Shown piece after piece: positions 26,440 through 40,329 of a DNA stretch of 64,000 nt. The DNA comes from Chiloscyllium plagiosum (taxonomy: Eukaryota). The notes under the pieces were generated by a model. That model did not search any database. It saw nothing but the letters and a program-made list of their open reading frames with translations, and was not told the origin of the DNA. Each line of letters starts with the position of its first letter. Within the stretch, counting starts at the first letter, position 1. The position numbers and the translations under genes are program-made. The stretch spans positions 54,395,035 to 54,459,034 of the forward strand of contig NC_057719.1 of assembly GCF_004010195.1 (NCBI RefSeq), in the 5' to 3' direction.

Positions 26440-28420
26440 GGAAAACCACCAGCTGGGGCAAGAGATCAGGAAGCAAGGCATTGGGATGAATGGGGAATTT
26501 TCCAGTTGTCAAGCTGAAACAAGTGCATCGCTACAAGGAATAATTCTGGAGTACCAGCTATTTAGAACCTATGTTAATAACTTAGTTAAACTTTAGAATA
26601 TTCTAAGCTTGTGGACATTACAAACCTGATGCACATACAAGCCTTAATTAGGCACAACAAGGCTGGAAATAGATATAGACAAGTTAAATAATTAGGTAAC
26701 AAGATGCAAGATGGACAAATGAGGAAGTGAGACGTTATTGACTTTGGTAGCAAGAATAGAAAAGCAGAATATTTTTAAAGGCAAATACCAATTGTAAACC
26801 AGGAAGAGGCTCAGAAGCCATATAGAAGTGGAACTCATTCCGGACTATTATCTGATCTCACAAAATTACTAACTTTGTTTTCTACTGCAGGGCTTGGCCC
26901 AGTAGATTGTTCGGTAAAGTCCAAATCCTGCTGTGTGAGAGTCTGTGTGAAAAGGTGCACGTTCATTCTGCTCCATGAAGAAGATGGGAGGAAGGTGGGG
27001 GAGATGAACGAAAGGGAAATGGGGTGCTGGGGTGAAGAAAAGGATGGTGGGAGAATGGGTTGACTAAGAGAGCGAGATTGGGGTGTGAGTGAGCGTTCTG
27101 GATTCTCTCCACCTCCACTACTACAGCTGAAGTCCAAAGGTTCATTTGCAGCTGTAAGTGAGAAGGCCATCTGATGGTAACTTTTATTTAAGGCAATATT
27201 GTATTATTACTTAAATGCTGTAAGAAATTACAACTGTGATGTGTATACTCCCTGCATTATGTTTCCACTATTTAGTACATGTTTTTACATTGATTATGCA
27301 GACTGTTTAATTATCTGGAATATTTGATTAATCGGCACACTCCTGGCTCCATAGCTGCCGGTTAATATGAAGTACCCTGTACTAGTACATGGAATAAACA
27401 GCACTGGCATGCAGATACAGTCAATACCTAGGAAGTCAAATGGAATATTGATCATTGTGGATTGGAATTCAAAAATAAGAATGTTACCCTACAATCGAAC
27501 AGGGCTTTTGTGTGAATATACTTAGAATGCTGAGAGCAATTTTCATATAAACATAGAATTCCTGTAGTGTGGAATCAGGCCATTCAGCCATCGAGTCCAC
27601 ATTTACCCTCTGAAGAGTATCTCACCCAGACCCACCCCAATCGTATTCCTATAATTCTGTATTTTCCATGGTTAACTCACCTAGCCCACACCTCTCAACA
27701 CTATTGGCAATTCAGCAAGGCCAATCCACCCAACCTGCAGATCTTTGGACTGTGAGAAGAAACTGGAGCACCCGGAGGAAACCCATGCAGGCACAGGAAG
27801 AATGTGGAAAAGCCACATGGACAGTTGCTGAACCTGGATTCCTGGTGCTATGAGGCAGCTATGCTAACCACTGAGCCATCATGCTGCCCCAAATTTTGGT
27901 TACCATATTTAAAGAAGGATACACTTGTACTGGAAAAAGTACAACAAAGACTCACTGGATTGATCATTGGGATGAAGAAGTTGTCCTGTGAAGATAAACT
28001 AAGTGGTTTATGGAGATTAGAAAAGTAAGAAGCAATCCCACTGAACCATAAGATTCTGAAGGTTTAACAGAGCATGAACTTTCTGAACAAGGAACTGATC
28101 ATTTACAACAAACGAGGAGAATTGATATACTTTGGAGTCATCTGCCCAAGAAATTTGTTGATTCTCCATGGCTAAGTATAATTATGAATAGGATTATTGG
28201 TCTCTGGGAATTAAGGGATGGGGGAGCAGATGGGAAAGTATACTTGAAGCACAGATCAACAATGATTGGAGATAGACAAATGGAAACTAAGAGTAGGCCC
28301 TTCAACTCATCTCTGCCATTCAACACTATCATGGCTAATTCTCAATCTGAATGCAAACTATTAGCTTGAGTGATGGAACAGACATGATATGGTCTACTCC
28401 TGCCTCTAAATGTTATCCTC
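26440..28420 (+). mobile_element. Fragmented CR1 3' half, interrupted at ~26790-27385 and 27552-27890
   Basis: FWLPYLKKDTLVLEKVQQRLTGLIIGMKKLSCEDKL is the CR1 RT C-terminus. A CR1-type tail lies near 28400. Confidence 0.7.
27552..27890 (-). mobile_element. HE1-type tRNA-derived SINE
   Basis: Reverse complement of the 60984-61310 family; ends gctaaccactgagccatcatgctgccc. Confidence 0.88.
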
Positions 28421-28699
28421 ACTTATTCAGTGATTCTTTTCTAGCCTATCTCTAAAGGACGTATGCTGCTCGGTTCACAGCTAGAGTTAGATTGAGCAAC
28501 ATGCATATTTTTTTGGAAGACTGAGCTTTCTGAAGTAGCAGAGAGATGCCCATGCTTTTAGCTCAAATGGAAGAGAGGTACCAAACTTAATATGAGAGGA
28601 CACAACAAATGATGAAATGCGTAGTGTTGGATAGAGGAAAGACATAATGTGCAAAGAAATCCTGCGCAATTTTTTTTTAGTATATCACTCATCATAGCC

Positions 28700-28980
28700 A
28701 GACTACATGGAGGCCCACCTGTGCTGGTCTGCTGTGGAAAGCCTTTGGAGATAGACTGTGATGTTTGTCTATTTAACTTTGCTTCTTTTTTTTTCTGACC
28801 TATGGTCATACAATGTATAACTGTAATGTAATTTCCTTGTTCTTACTTTTTCTATTCTGTAACTAAGGATTTACCTAGGTAGCTTTGTACCTAAGATCAC
28901 ACTGTAAGTGGCAACTAGTAAACTTTTCACTGTACTCATTTGAGTACATGCGACAATAAAGCTAATTCAAATTCAATTCA
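28700..28980 (+). mobile_element. Retroposon 3' end of Rex1/Babar type
   Basis: cttttcactgtactcatttgagtacatgcgacaataaa...attcaattca matches the reverse complement of the Rex1/Babar terminus at ~63210-63255. Confidence 0.55.
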
Positions 28981-30929
28981 TCAGGCCCATGATTTCCCCC
29001 TGCTTGTGATAGCATGCAAGAACTCCTTTACAGAGGAGATGATCTATAAGAAGACTTGTCCTTCTAAAGCATTTGGATTTGTGCACAAGCTCCTTTTGCA
29101 TGAATAAAGGGAATATTCCATTGACATCTTGTGAGGTGCATAAGCCTATATGGGATTAAATATTTTCTGTAGTCTGTATGGTTAGAAATGTGGCAAAATG
29201 ACATTTACAGAAATGGAGATGTGTACATGGAGGAGGAGGTGCAATAATATCTGGTACAGTGATAGTAGTAGAATGGAGGAATGGCAAGCGAGGTATTTTG
29301 AGCAGTGAAAAAGGAGATTTTGACATTTGAGGAGGGAATAAAGAGCAGTATTCTTACTTCCTTAACTCTGAAGTCATGAAAGTTCTTTTTAGCATTACAG
29401 CCATGCCCCAGGAACTAGTTTCCTGACATTCTCTGTGTTGTCTGGTGATCTTGCTGCCCCAAGAGGTTCAGGATCTTTCTCACTCTTTTTAATGAAAACT
29501 TCCCTGTGTCAGAAGTTACAAATTTGAGGTAGTATCAGGTTTTCTGTTTAGGTGGCCCAGAAAAGGGGAGGCATACCATCCATTTCTCATCTTAAAATGG
29601 AAGTGAATTGATTCAAGACCTTCAAATTATTTCTGTTTATTTCATCACTATTTTTATTTTATCTCAAGAATCTAAATAATGCAAATGCTATCATCCTTTG
29701 AAAGGAACATACTAAAGTAAACTTTGCATGGTCTGATAGAAATTTAGAAAAAAATGGGTACAGGCAAACAATACAATTGCTAGGATAAGACAAGGATGTG
29801 CCTGATTTAGTCATTGCTCAACATTAATAATTGTAGTCATGAACATTTGAGTAAACATTCTCACAGCCTATCAGTAATTGTGAACAAATCAGGTTTGCAT
29901 TTTTAAAGTTTTTAGCTTCCAAATTCTGATGTTAATACAGTATAACATTATAGTAATGAAATGACTGAAATGTAAAAAGTCAATTTATTATTCCTATGTG
30001 ACAAGATAACCTCCAAACACTTCATTTTCCTATTTACTTCAGTTTACAATATATACATTTTAAAGCAGAATTGAATCTTCTTTCCTCAAGTCTTTTCAAA
30101 CAAGCTTGAAGAAAAGGCAGGGCAAATAAAGGTGAGGAAATGTAACTCCTCATGTCTTTTCTTATCAATAACTGAATTAAAATCAGATTCATTTGTATCT
30201 GAGTGAACATTAAACAGGCTTTATTGAACATAACTATATGTTGGAAATGAAGCTTACCTGGGAACTTGACAAAGCCAAGCTCCAGGTCCTTGTGACCTGA
30301 CCTCACTATGTCATAGAACCTTTCACACATGCTCAGTAGCTATTCTTAGAGTAAAGGTATCATTAACCATTTACTCCGCAATAACTATTTGTGCAATTCA
30401 GGTACCTGAAGTGAATAGCCATAAAATGTTAGGACATGAACATTTAACAGACAGACTAATAGAATAACACTGCTAATATTCCACACTGACCATTAACCAA
30501 ACATTATTTAATAAGAATTTAGATTTCATTTTTCTATATAAAATGATGAGGCTACTAATGAAAATAATGGTAAGAGAGTAGAAAGCATCCACTACTGCGG
30601 TGTTTTAATTACATTTGACTTTATGTTTAATTACACAAATAATGCAAATATATTTCAAATGCATCTGTTTAATTTTTTTTAAATAAGATTTCATTCAGGT
30701 TTAACTTAGCTCATTCCCTATTATCCACAGCATTCCAACAAAGTTAAATCTCATAGTTATATCAATAATTGAAAGGATGAAAAATAACCCAAGGGCAAAA
30801 TAAATCTACTCAAAAGTTAAGTGAATGTGAAGATATTCCAAGTCTCCAAAACGCATTTTACATTTTAATCATTTGAACACAGTGAATCAAATATTCCAAG
30901 CTCTAACACAATGAGCAAAAATAAATGGG

Positions 30930-31800
30930 AGGCAGCAAAGGCCTAGAGGTTGTTTTGAACTCTTTTGTGGAGCAGTGTGTCCTAAGGACCATAATGACTC
31001 ATGCAAACTCACCCCTGTGGCCAGTTAGGAAACATGCTCAGTCATGGAGTGCTACAATAGACTAGCTCCCACCATTGCAACAATGGCAGATATGGGGAAC
31101 ATTTCTTTTAAGCAACAATGACCATGGTTAGATATCGCCAATGGGTGCTCATAGTCTTGAGACTAAAAGACCAATATTAAGTTGCCTTCACATTTATGGG
31201 GCAATAATACACATGGATGCAAGAGAGATATACCTCTTGTGAGAAATTCACAACAGTCCTCAATTTTCAAATCGTGTATAGCCAAGTGCTGAAGAGTTTT
31301 AGCCAACCTAGTCAGCTCATACAGGATATAGATGTCCTACTGCTGGTCTCAAGCAACACAGAGGTCAACAGCTTACTATTGGAGGAGCTGTTGAAGCTGT
31401 TAAAGGACCCATGGTTCAAGGTAAACTCTAAGGAGGTCATGATTGGACAGAGGTGGTGCAGTTCCTAGAAGTGATGATTAGTGCAGAGTAAAAGGGCTGT
31501 AGATGAAATATAAAAATAAGAGAGGTATAAGCTCCATATGATGCAGATGAAAACAAAGTCTTTTCTGGCAACTACAGAGAACTGCTGGGAGTTCATAAAA
31601 GGTTACAGCCACAGTAACCCCTCTCCTCATGCTTCCTAGGAAAGGGGAAGAGTAGGAATGGAATAATAATTGCCAAGAGACATTTACCAATCTGAAGATA
31701 AACTTCAAATTGATCTATTATTTGAGCAGTAATTAGTGAGAAAGACATATTTTTGGACATGGCAGTCATAAGGATAGTTTGCATGTGCCAATACTCCAAG
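30930..31800 (+). pseudogene. Decayed reverse transcriptase of retrovirus-like LTR element
   Basis: Across frameshifts: ANSPLWPVRKHAQSWSATID, LDIANG, DQY*VAFTFMGQ*YTW, HNSP, LIQDIDVLLL (YxDD position), FKVNSKEVMIGQ, VQFLEVMI, KSFLATTENCWEFIKGY, PLLMLPRKGEE*EWNNNCQETF. Confidence 0.8.
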
Positions 31801-31804
31801 ACCA

Positions 31805-33235
31805 TATGATAAGGTGAGATCAGTGACCATTAGACCACATCAAGTCTGCTCCACCAATCCATCATGGCTGATATGTTTCTCAATCCATTTTCCTGTCTTC
31901 TCCCTATAACCCTTGATCGCCTTAATAATCAAGAGCTTATCTACCTATCTCTCTCTGTAATACACTCAATGAATTCTACAGATTATCCACCCTCTGGCTG
32001 AAGAAATTCCTCCTCATCCCAGTTCTAAAGGGTCATCTCTTCACTTGGAGGCTGTGTAGTCTCTCCAACTAGTAGATATATCTTCTCCACATCCACTCTA
32101 TCCAGGTGTCTCAGTATTTGTTTCAATCAAATCCCTCCCCTCATCATTCTAAACTCCATCGAGTACAGATCCAGAGTCTTCAACCTCTTGTCATATGATT
32201 ATTCTTGTCAACCTTCTCTAGACTCCCTCCAATGCCAGCATATCTTTCCTAAGATACAGAGCCTAAAATTGCTCACAATATTCTAGATGCAGTCTAACCA
32301 GAGCCTCAGCAGTACATTTCTGCTCTTGTATTGTGCCCTTTTTAAATGAATGGTAATATTGCATTTATCTTCCTAACTGCAAACAATCTGCATGTTAACC
32401 ATCAGAGAATCATGAACTCAGACTCCCAAGTCTCTTTGTGTTTCAGATTTCCAAAACTGTTCCACATTTAGAAGATAATCTATATGTCTATGCTTCCTAT
32501 TCCTACCAAAGTAAATAACCTCACACTTACCCACATTTTATTCCATTTGCCAATTCTTTGTCCACCCTTCTGGCCTGTTCAAGTCTCCTTGCTTCCTCAA
32601 TACTACCTGCTCCTCCATATATCATTGAATCATCTGCAAACTTATCAACAATTCCTTTAGTTCATTCATCCATATGATAAATATATAACATGAATATTTG
32701 TGGTCCCAACACTGACCCGTGTGGATGTCTGCTAGTCACTAGTTACCATTCTGAAAAATACCCTTTTATTGCAACTCTCTGCCTTCTGCCAGTCAGCCAA
32801 TCCTCTATCCATGCCAGTACTTTGCCTCTAACACTGTGGGCTTATCTTATTTAGCAGCCTCCTGCAAGACCTTTGAAAGGCCTTCTGGAAATCCAAATAG
32901 ATCATGTTCATTGGCCTTCCTTTGTCTAACTTGTTTGTTACCTCCTCAAAGAATTCTAACAAATTTGTCAGGCACAACCTCCCTTTGATGAAGCTGTGCT
33001 GACTCAGCCCTATTTTACCATGCGCTTTCAAGTAGTCCACATGACATCCTTAACAATGGACTCTAAATGCTTATCAATGGCTGAAGTCAGGCGAAGTGAC
33101 CTATTGTCTCCTACCTCCTTCCCTTCTTAAACAGCATTAGTCATTTTCCAGTCCTCTAGGACTTTCACTGATCCCAGTGATTCCTGAAAGATCACTACCA
33201 ATGCCTCTATAATCTCAACTATCTCCTTCAGAACA
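31805..33235 (-). mobile_element. CR1 LINE 3' half, decayed
   Basis: Minus [46 protein letters not shown]. Confidence 0.9.
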
Positions 33236-34096
33236 TATCCTCCCAAGAGATGGGCTACTTGAATTGCCTTTCAAATAGGAAAACCTTACCATATGTCAAT
33301 TTTTACTGAGTCAAGTCAATGGAGATCAGATAATTTCCAGTTGTTAACACAATTATAATTTAATGATCCCATTCTCATTGACGTATCAATCAGCCTCTTT
33401 CCTTATTTCCCTCATATCAACCTTGCTGCCTATTTTTGACCTATCCATTTATTTTTCTTTCATCCTCTTGTTTCCCACCTCTAGTTCTTCTTCATTCTCT
33501 CAACAAGAATGTCAGAAGAGACTTAAGATACCTTACTTAGAACTGAATCAATCCTGGTGCTTCAAAATTGGTTCCTTTTCTCCAATTTCCTTATTATAGA
33601 AGAAGACCTCTTCCACTATTATTACCAACTTTGCATTCTTCAGCTGTGCTAAGCAATATTAATCTCTGAACCTCATCTCAAAAGAGAATAGGCACTTATT
33701 AGTCTCATTGCTAATTCTGGGTCACTACTGCGCTCAATTTATCTTCCAATCTGAATGCAAAACTTCAAAAATTGTTAATCCAGTGTGAAAGACAATGAGG
33801 ATAATATATAAATGTAAGATCTTCCTTTATGTCATTTTTTCTCAAATTGTGACAAATGGAAAAATATGTCTTTGCCTTTGTGTTTCATGTTGACTGTAAC
33901 TTCAGTCTTCATATAACTCTATTTAGAAACATCTGAAGCTGTTTGATGCAAGCCAAATATATACCTTAGCTGAGATATACTAGCTATATTTTAAGTCAAA
34001 TAAATTTAGTGTTTGCAACAAATTGGACTTAAAAGTTAAAGTTATTAATTCTCTCTGGAAGATTCTAAAATGTGACATACTGATGCATTAATGTGG

Positions 34097-34578
34097 TTCT
34101 AGATGTATGTTTGCTCGCTGAGCTGGAAGGTTTTCTCAGACGTTTCATCACCAGACTAGGTAACATCATCAGTGAACCTCTGGTGAAGCACTGGTGGTGT
34201 GGTCCACTTTTTATTTATGTGTTTAGGTTTCCTTGTACTGTGGTGATGTCATTCCTTGTTCTTTTTCTCAGAGGGTGGTAAATTGGATCCAAGTCAATGC
34301 GCTTGTCTGCGAGTGTCTCTGTTTGGCTTGTCCTAGGATGGATGTGTTGTTACCACCCCTGAGAAAAAGAACAGGAAATGACATCACCACCAGAAATGAC
34401 ATCACCAACACAAGGAAACCTAAATACAAACAGGCTATACCACCAGTGCTTCACTGGAGGATCAGTGATGATGTTACCTAGTATGGTAACGAAATGTCTG
34501 AAACCAAACCTTCAGCTCAGCTAGGAAACTTACATCCAGAACCCTAACCTGAGCTATTAATCTTTTCAAAACTCCCTA
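34097..34578. mobile_element. Fold-back Penelope-like mini-element (family of 22590-23622) with two hammerhead cores
   Basis: 34097-~34280 is inverted relative to ~34355-34545. The spacer is ORF-end sequence. Imperfect flanking repeat gcattaatgtggt / gcatcgatgtggt. Confidence 0.88.
34134..34177 (-). ncRNA. Minimal hammerhead ribozyme motif
   Basis: Minus strand: ttca-CTGATGA-t-gttacc-tagtct-ggtgat-GAAA-CGTC-tgag. Confidence 0.8.
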
Positions 34579-35041
34579 GCATCGATGTGGTGTTTATTAG
34601 TAAGTGTTCAAATCCTAACTCTCAATGAATTGTAAGAATGAATAAAAATTTCCAATTCTGATATGTCAGGAAAAATATAGAGAAAAGATTTCAATTACCA
34701 AGTTTTAACTCTTCAAGTAGCCCAGAAAGAAACTTATGGCTGAATCTTCTCAATGAGGAACTGACATTATAACTGCCAGTTCTTTGATAATGCTAAGATA
34801 TATGCAATGACTGATCACACTGAATATTTACAAGTATGGAAGACCTTTGAATCAAAAGGAACTAACTTACAAATGAGTTAATTATTGTGGTCTTTTGCAT
34901 GAGTGCAGAAACCAAGACACAGCTATTGATCAAACAGCATGAAACACAGGGATCTTGAAGAGAGCAGAAACTCTCAGAGGAAAAGAATAAAATTGAATAT
35001 CAAAAGCCAAAAACATCTTTGTAATAGTTACTCTGCATACA

Positions 35042-35634
35042 TGTTACAGTACCCCTGACAAAACCCAACTGAAATGTGAGTCCTACTGATGCTAGATATA
35101 GCGGAAGGTGGGAGGAGGTTAATGAACATAATTTGACGAATGCTGTGAAGTAGAAAACTGATTTCTACAGAGGCTAACAGTCAGTGATTGGTAAGCAGCT
35201 GTTTGAACATCAATTCGGATTGTATAAACTTTAATTAATTCTGATTACTACAATCATGGTTCTGATTCAAGGCTTGTACACAATGACATGAAACAAAGAA
35301 CATTTCTGGAGAGAAAAAGAAATTGAAGAAAGGAATGATATTTGGACATCAACCAAGTGAATTCACTAAAAAGAATTTACAAATATTTTGAACTGTCAGA
35401 AGTTTCTACTGACACAAATAAATATGTAAACCATTCAAAATTCTAAAATATATACATTTAACAGTAACTTTATTGAATGTCTTCTTTTAATTTTATTTTG
35501 TATTTAGAATAAAGTTTCAAACTTGAACATCTAAGATTCTCTCAAGTCTAATCCTGTGCTTCTTAGAATTATTACTGACCTTTGCTGCTTCAACAGTAAC
35601 CTGGCAGAAAAGATTACCCACCCAAGCTAGAACA
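35042..35634 (+). mobile_element. Possible solo LTR
   Basis: Starts tgttaca, ends tagaaca (TG...CA with short imperfect terminal inversion), and has an internal AATAAA at ~35508. The flanks cataca/catgta match only partly. Confidence 0.35.
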
Positions 35635-36625
35635 CATGTAATTTTCATTCCATTAAAATCAGCAATGGATGTGGAAAACCGATGTATTAAATTGGTGCCA
35701 AGGCAAAGGTGACTCCATCACTCCCCTTGCATTTATTTACTGTAGTGATTCTGCTAATCAAGGCAATTTCTGTACTTGAATACATGCCATCTGGAAATTT
35801 TTTTCTGATTCATCAGTACCATTTAAACATGTCTCAGCACAACAAAAATCTATTTCATTTTCAAAATGATTTAAAGCAATTCAGCCAAATGTTAAATTTC
35901 TAAAGCCTCGTACAGATAAACATTATAAGGCAGCAGTAGCTATTTTCACCAACTAGAAAGTCAGGAGCACCCTTTCATCCATCAGTCTGAACCTCAGTTG
36001 ACATTGCAGTCCTCAGGCAGCTAATTGGCTGTAATAATGGCTTCTACCTGTCTGAAGCAGAATGTACAATCTCCAGGTACTGCCAATATCAGAAAGCCCA
36101 TTGCCCCAGGCATGTTACTGGGTATGCTGATCACTACTGGGATTGTAGTAGGCCTCAGAGTAGTGGCTATTAAGGAGGTCCAGGACATAGGTATAAAAGG
36201 TGGGGCATCACTGGCACCTATCAGTAGACCCTAACATGGGGGTTGAGGAATGGATGCTAGCATGTGCCGTGAGGTATTCTGATCAATAGGTTTACTGAAC
36301 AACCTCTTCAGATGAAAAAGTGCATATTGATTGATGTGATTGATAAGATACCATTGTCATTGGGAAGAGAACGTTGAGAGGTAATGTAAGGACCCTAATT
36401 AAACTAACTGTGGCCTGACAACCTCCCAGTGCCGACAATGATAGGACAGGGACATACATAATTTAAACTATAACTTTAGTGGGAAGACTTATTAAGTACT
36501 TAATGACAAAAATACATTTGAAAATTGTGCAAGTGTTACGTATTATTACTTTAGTCTGTGCAAGGTAGAAAACATCCACTTTGTTTTTGAAAAATAGGGA
36601 AATGTCCAACTTGGCTGCAAAACAA

Positions 36626-37695
36626 TAGAGTTATAGAGTCATAGAGATGTACAGCACGGAAACATACCCTTCGGTCCAACTTGTCCATGCCGACCAAATA
36701 TTCCAACCCAATCTAGTCCCACCTGCCAGCACCCGGTCCAAATCCTTTCAAATCCTTCCTATTCATACACCCAGGCAAATGCCTTTTAAATGTTGCAATT
36801 CCTCTGGCAGCTCATTTCATACATGTACCACCCTCTGCATGAAAACGTTGCCCCTCAGGTCTCTTTTATATCTTTCCCCTCTCACCCCAAATCTATGCCC
36901 TCTAGTTCTGGACTTCCCCACCCCAGGGAAAAAAGACTATTTATCCAATCCATGCCCCTCATGATTTTATAAAACTCTATCAGGTCACCCCTCAGCCTCC
37001 GACGCTCCAGGGAAAACAGCCCCTGCCTATCAACCTCTCCCTATAGCTCAAATCCTCCAACCCTGGCAACACCCTTGCAAATCTTTTCTGAACCCTTTCA
37101 AGTTTCACAACATCTTTCTGATAGGAAGGAGACCAGAAATGCACGCAATATTCCAACAGTGTCCTAACCAATGTCCTGTATTGCTGCAACATGACTTCCC
37201 AACTCCTGTACTCAATACTCTTACTAATAAAGGAAAGCATACCAAACGCCTTCTTCATTATCCTATCTACCTTCGACTCCACTTTCAAGGAGCTATGAAC
37301 CTGCACTCTAAGATCTCTTTGTTTAGCAACACTCCCTGGGACCTTACCATTAAGTGTATAAGTCCTGCTATGATTTGCTTTCCCAAAATGCAGCACCTCG
37401 CATTTATCTAAATTGAACTCCGTCTGCCACTTCTCAGCCCATTGGCCCATTTGATGAAGATCCCGTTGTATTCTGAGATAACCTTCTTTGCTGTCCACTA
37501 TACCTCCAATTTTGATGTCATCTGTAAACTTACTAAGTATACCTCTTATGTTCACATCCAAATCATTTATATTAATGATGAAAAGTAGTGGACCTAGCAT
37601 CGATCATTGTGGCCGTCCACTGGTCACAAGCCTCAAGTCTGAAAAACAACCCTCCACCACCACCCTCTGTCTTCTACCTTTGAGCCAGTTCTGTA
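36626..37695 (-). mobile_element. Relatively young 5'-truncated CR1 LINE (202-aa RT C-terminal ORF 36992-37600)
   Basis: LGPLLFIININDLD...SKFTDDIKIGG...LEYCVHFWSPSYQKDVVKLERVQKRF. The tail tagagttatagagtcatagag is from the same subfamily as 8560-11563. Confidence 0.95.
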
Positions 37696-39149
37696 AGACA
37701 TTGCGGAAGGCCACCATTTGGATCAGAGTAATGATGGGAAAATCCCCAATCTGCAGCGCAGCATTGCTATATTAAAAAAAAGTAGTGAAGCACATCATTA
37801 ACATAATACAGAACTTAACGTTTATTTGAAGAAAATACTATGGCATCATTATTTTGCTTTCAAAATCTTGGAGAGAAGACAAAACTTGCAAACTCTTATA
37901 TAGAGTTTAAAAATTTGAAGAGATGTTAACATAATTATAGAACAGTCATTTAACGCAACTTTCAAGCTTAAAATCAATCAATATTTATCTACTGGAGAAT
38001 CATTAAATCTGAGGAAACTAGAACAAAGTAGCATTTTGATGGTACAGATGTAAAATTGCTTAGAAGTAATAAGAATAAATTATTTTGTTAATAAATGTCA
38101 TGGGAAATAATACTGCTATTGTGCTGAAAACTGTGATTTATATGAATTTCTAATATTTAATTTAAGTTTGGTTTTAGTTTTTGAGTTAGTAACATGTGGA
38201 TTTTCTCTGTGTCTGAAATTACAGGAGATTTTAATAGTTTTGTAGGCATGGTAATTTCTTACAGAACACTCTTTCAGGCTTAGCTTTAGAATTTGTAAGT
38301 TTTTGTACACCATTCATGGATTTTTTAAACAAAAATAGAATTACTGGGAAAACTCAATAGGCCTGGCTGCATCTGTGTTGAGAAAGTAGAGTTAACATTT
38401 TGAGTCCAGTGACTCTTCTTCAGAAGGAGACTTCTGTTGACCTTTGATTATTTTGCAACCCCAAATGTCTTACAATTTGATAGAGGTCTCAGAATTTTTT
38501 TTGATATGCTCAAGGGAAACTTGAGTCCTGCTAAAAACTTGGATACAGGTGAGCGTGGTCCTGAGATGAGCGTGATATAGTAAACCAGGTTAGAATGATG
38601 TATTAGTCTTAACTAAAGACCAGGAGTGTTGGGATAAAGTTCTGAAGAGTTTATCTAAATCTAAGTATATTTACAAACTCAGTTGTACAATAGCTCCAGG
38701 AAAAGGTTATTTGCGGTCCAAGTCCAAATGTTAAAGTTACAAGCGACTTAAATCCATCCACATGTTAGGAATAGGAATTCTAGTGTGAGTACCACATGAG
38801 TGATGAGTTTGAGTACTACACAAAATGCATATTTTGGGTACTATACAAAATATTGTTCTTCCTTTCTAGTTATAAAGTGTTTTGATGGATGAGATTATAC
38901 TTGTGCTATGCTTAATACATCTTTGATTTTGTGTTTTTGATAGTTTGTTAGGATTATCAGATTTTATCTTCATTTCCTTTGTTAAAGTCCTTCTGCTTTA
39001 ATGCTGAAAAAGATCTGCAGCATTGTCTGCTTATTTTTCAGGAGAGATCATTTTGTTAAAACCAAAACAATTCAAAATATGATCTAACAAGCCGAGAGTC
39101 AGCGTGGAATCTGACTTGTCCAATAATCAAAAGATGTTATTATCAGAGA

Positions 39150-39750
39150 TGGACCAAAAAGCACATTGGAAAAAATAACTTTGAGAAATGAAATGCTTGA
39201 AAATGAATCCTAAATTTGAAGCTGAACAAGTACATGCATGATGGGATTTAGTTGGTCTGACAGTGGATGATAAATTGCCAAAACTTGAAAGAAGACATAG
39301 ATACCTTTGAAACAAACAAATTCCAGGAGTTATTTTATAACTACCTTAATCTGAAAGCAATACATTTCTCAGAAGGGCATAGTTTAAAAGAAAGTCCAGC
39401 TTCCAGGGGCTTCTACAGACAATTCAATAATAACTTTGACAGTTTAATGGAAAACTGAGATTCTAAATATTTGAAATCAGACTTCATGAGAGACAGAATT
39501 GGTGTTGGCATTATTGAGAATCCTTGACAGACCCATCATAGTCAAAGAAGATTCTATTTTGGATGAATCTATTTAAGTTTAACTGGAAACAGAACCAATA
39601 TAAAAACAACCTTATCAAAAGAGAGCATTAGAATCAAGCCACTTCTTAAAGTACAAACACTTTACAACCGTGACTGGTCAACACAAGGAGTATCTTAACA
39701 GTTGTGTCATGAATGCAGGACAATGAAACCTAACAGGCACAAATAGTGGC
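39150..39750 (+). pseudogene. Ty3/Gypsy gag remnant
   Basis: LKEDIDTFE...YLNLKA...LMEN*DSKYLKSDFMRDRIGVGII matches the Gypsy gag motif xxIRDRIVVGI. Confidence 0.65.
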
Positions 39751-40329
39751 AGTTATAATAAACAAAAGCTACATCTGTAAAGTTGTAGGTCACTAATTCA
39801 GGGTTGACAACACTTTTTAATGTCAATGGGAATCTTATTAATTTTAAAGCTGTATACAGATATATGTGCCACTATTCTGGAACACAGTCTGTAGACATGA
39901 AGCTATATGGTGAAACACCACTGATGGAGAGAGAAAACTAAGTAAACTAAACAAACACAAGTGTAAAGAAATATCATGAAAAAAGATTTGAAAAATCTCA
40001 GCTATGGTAATAAGTTTATATCTTGTTTCTGCCAGTTTGAAATAAACCTCCAGTGAAAAACTCAAAACCTAACTAAGTCAAATAAAGAGCAGCATTGAAG
40101 TATTTTGAGCTCAACTAGTAAAGTGTGCATAACTATATGAAGGATTACCTTGACTATGACTATGTCAGGGTTGACTTCAATTACTGATGTCATTAATTTG
40201 TGATTGCACCATTGATATATGGAGCACAAAGAATTATGATCAAATATTGTCCAAAATGTGTTTCAAAGTTATCCTACACCAGTATTTCATTGCATCAAGG
40301 AAAGTTGGTATCACACTAAAATGAATCAT

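Noticed and set aside
30034..30330. Minus-strand 98-aa ORF with a donor-like cag|gtaagc near 30258
   Set aside because: No recognisable protein similarity and no convincing partner exons.
36992..37600. Longest ORF (202 aa) as a host gene
   Set aside because: It is the RT C-terminus of a 5'-truncated CR1 with the CR1 tail attached.
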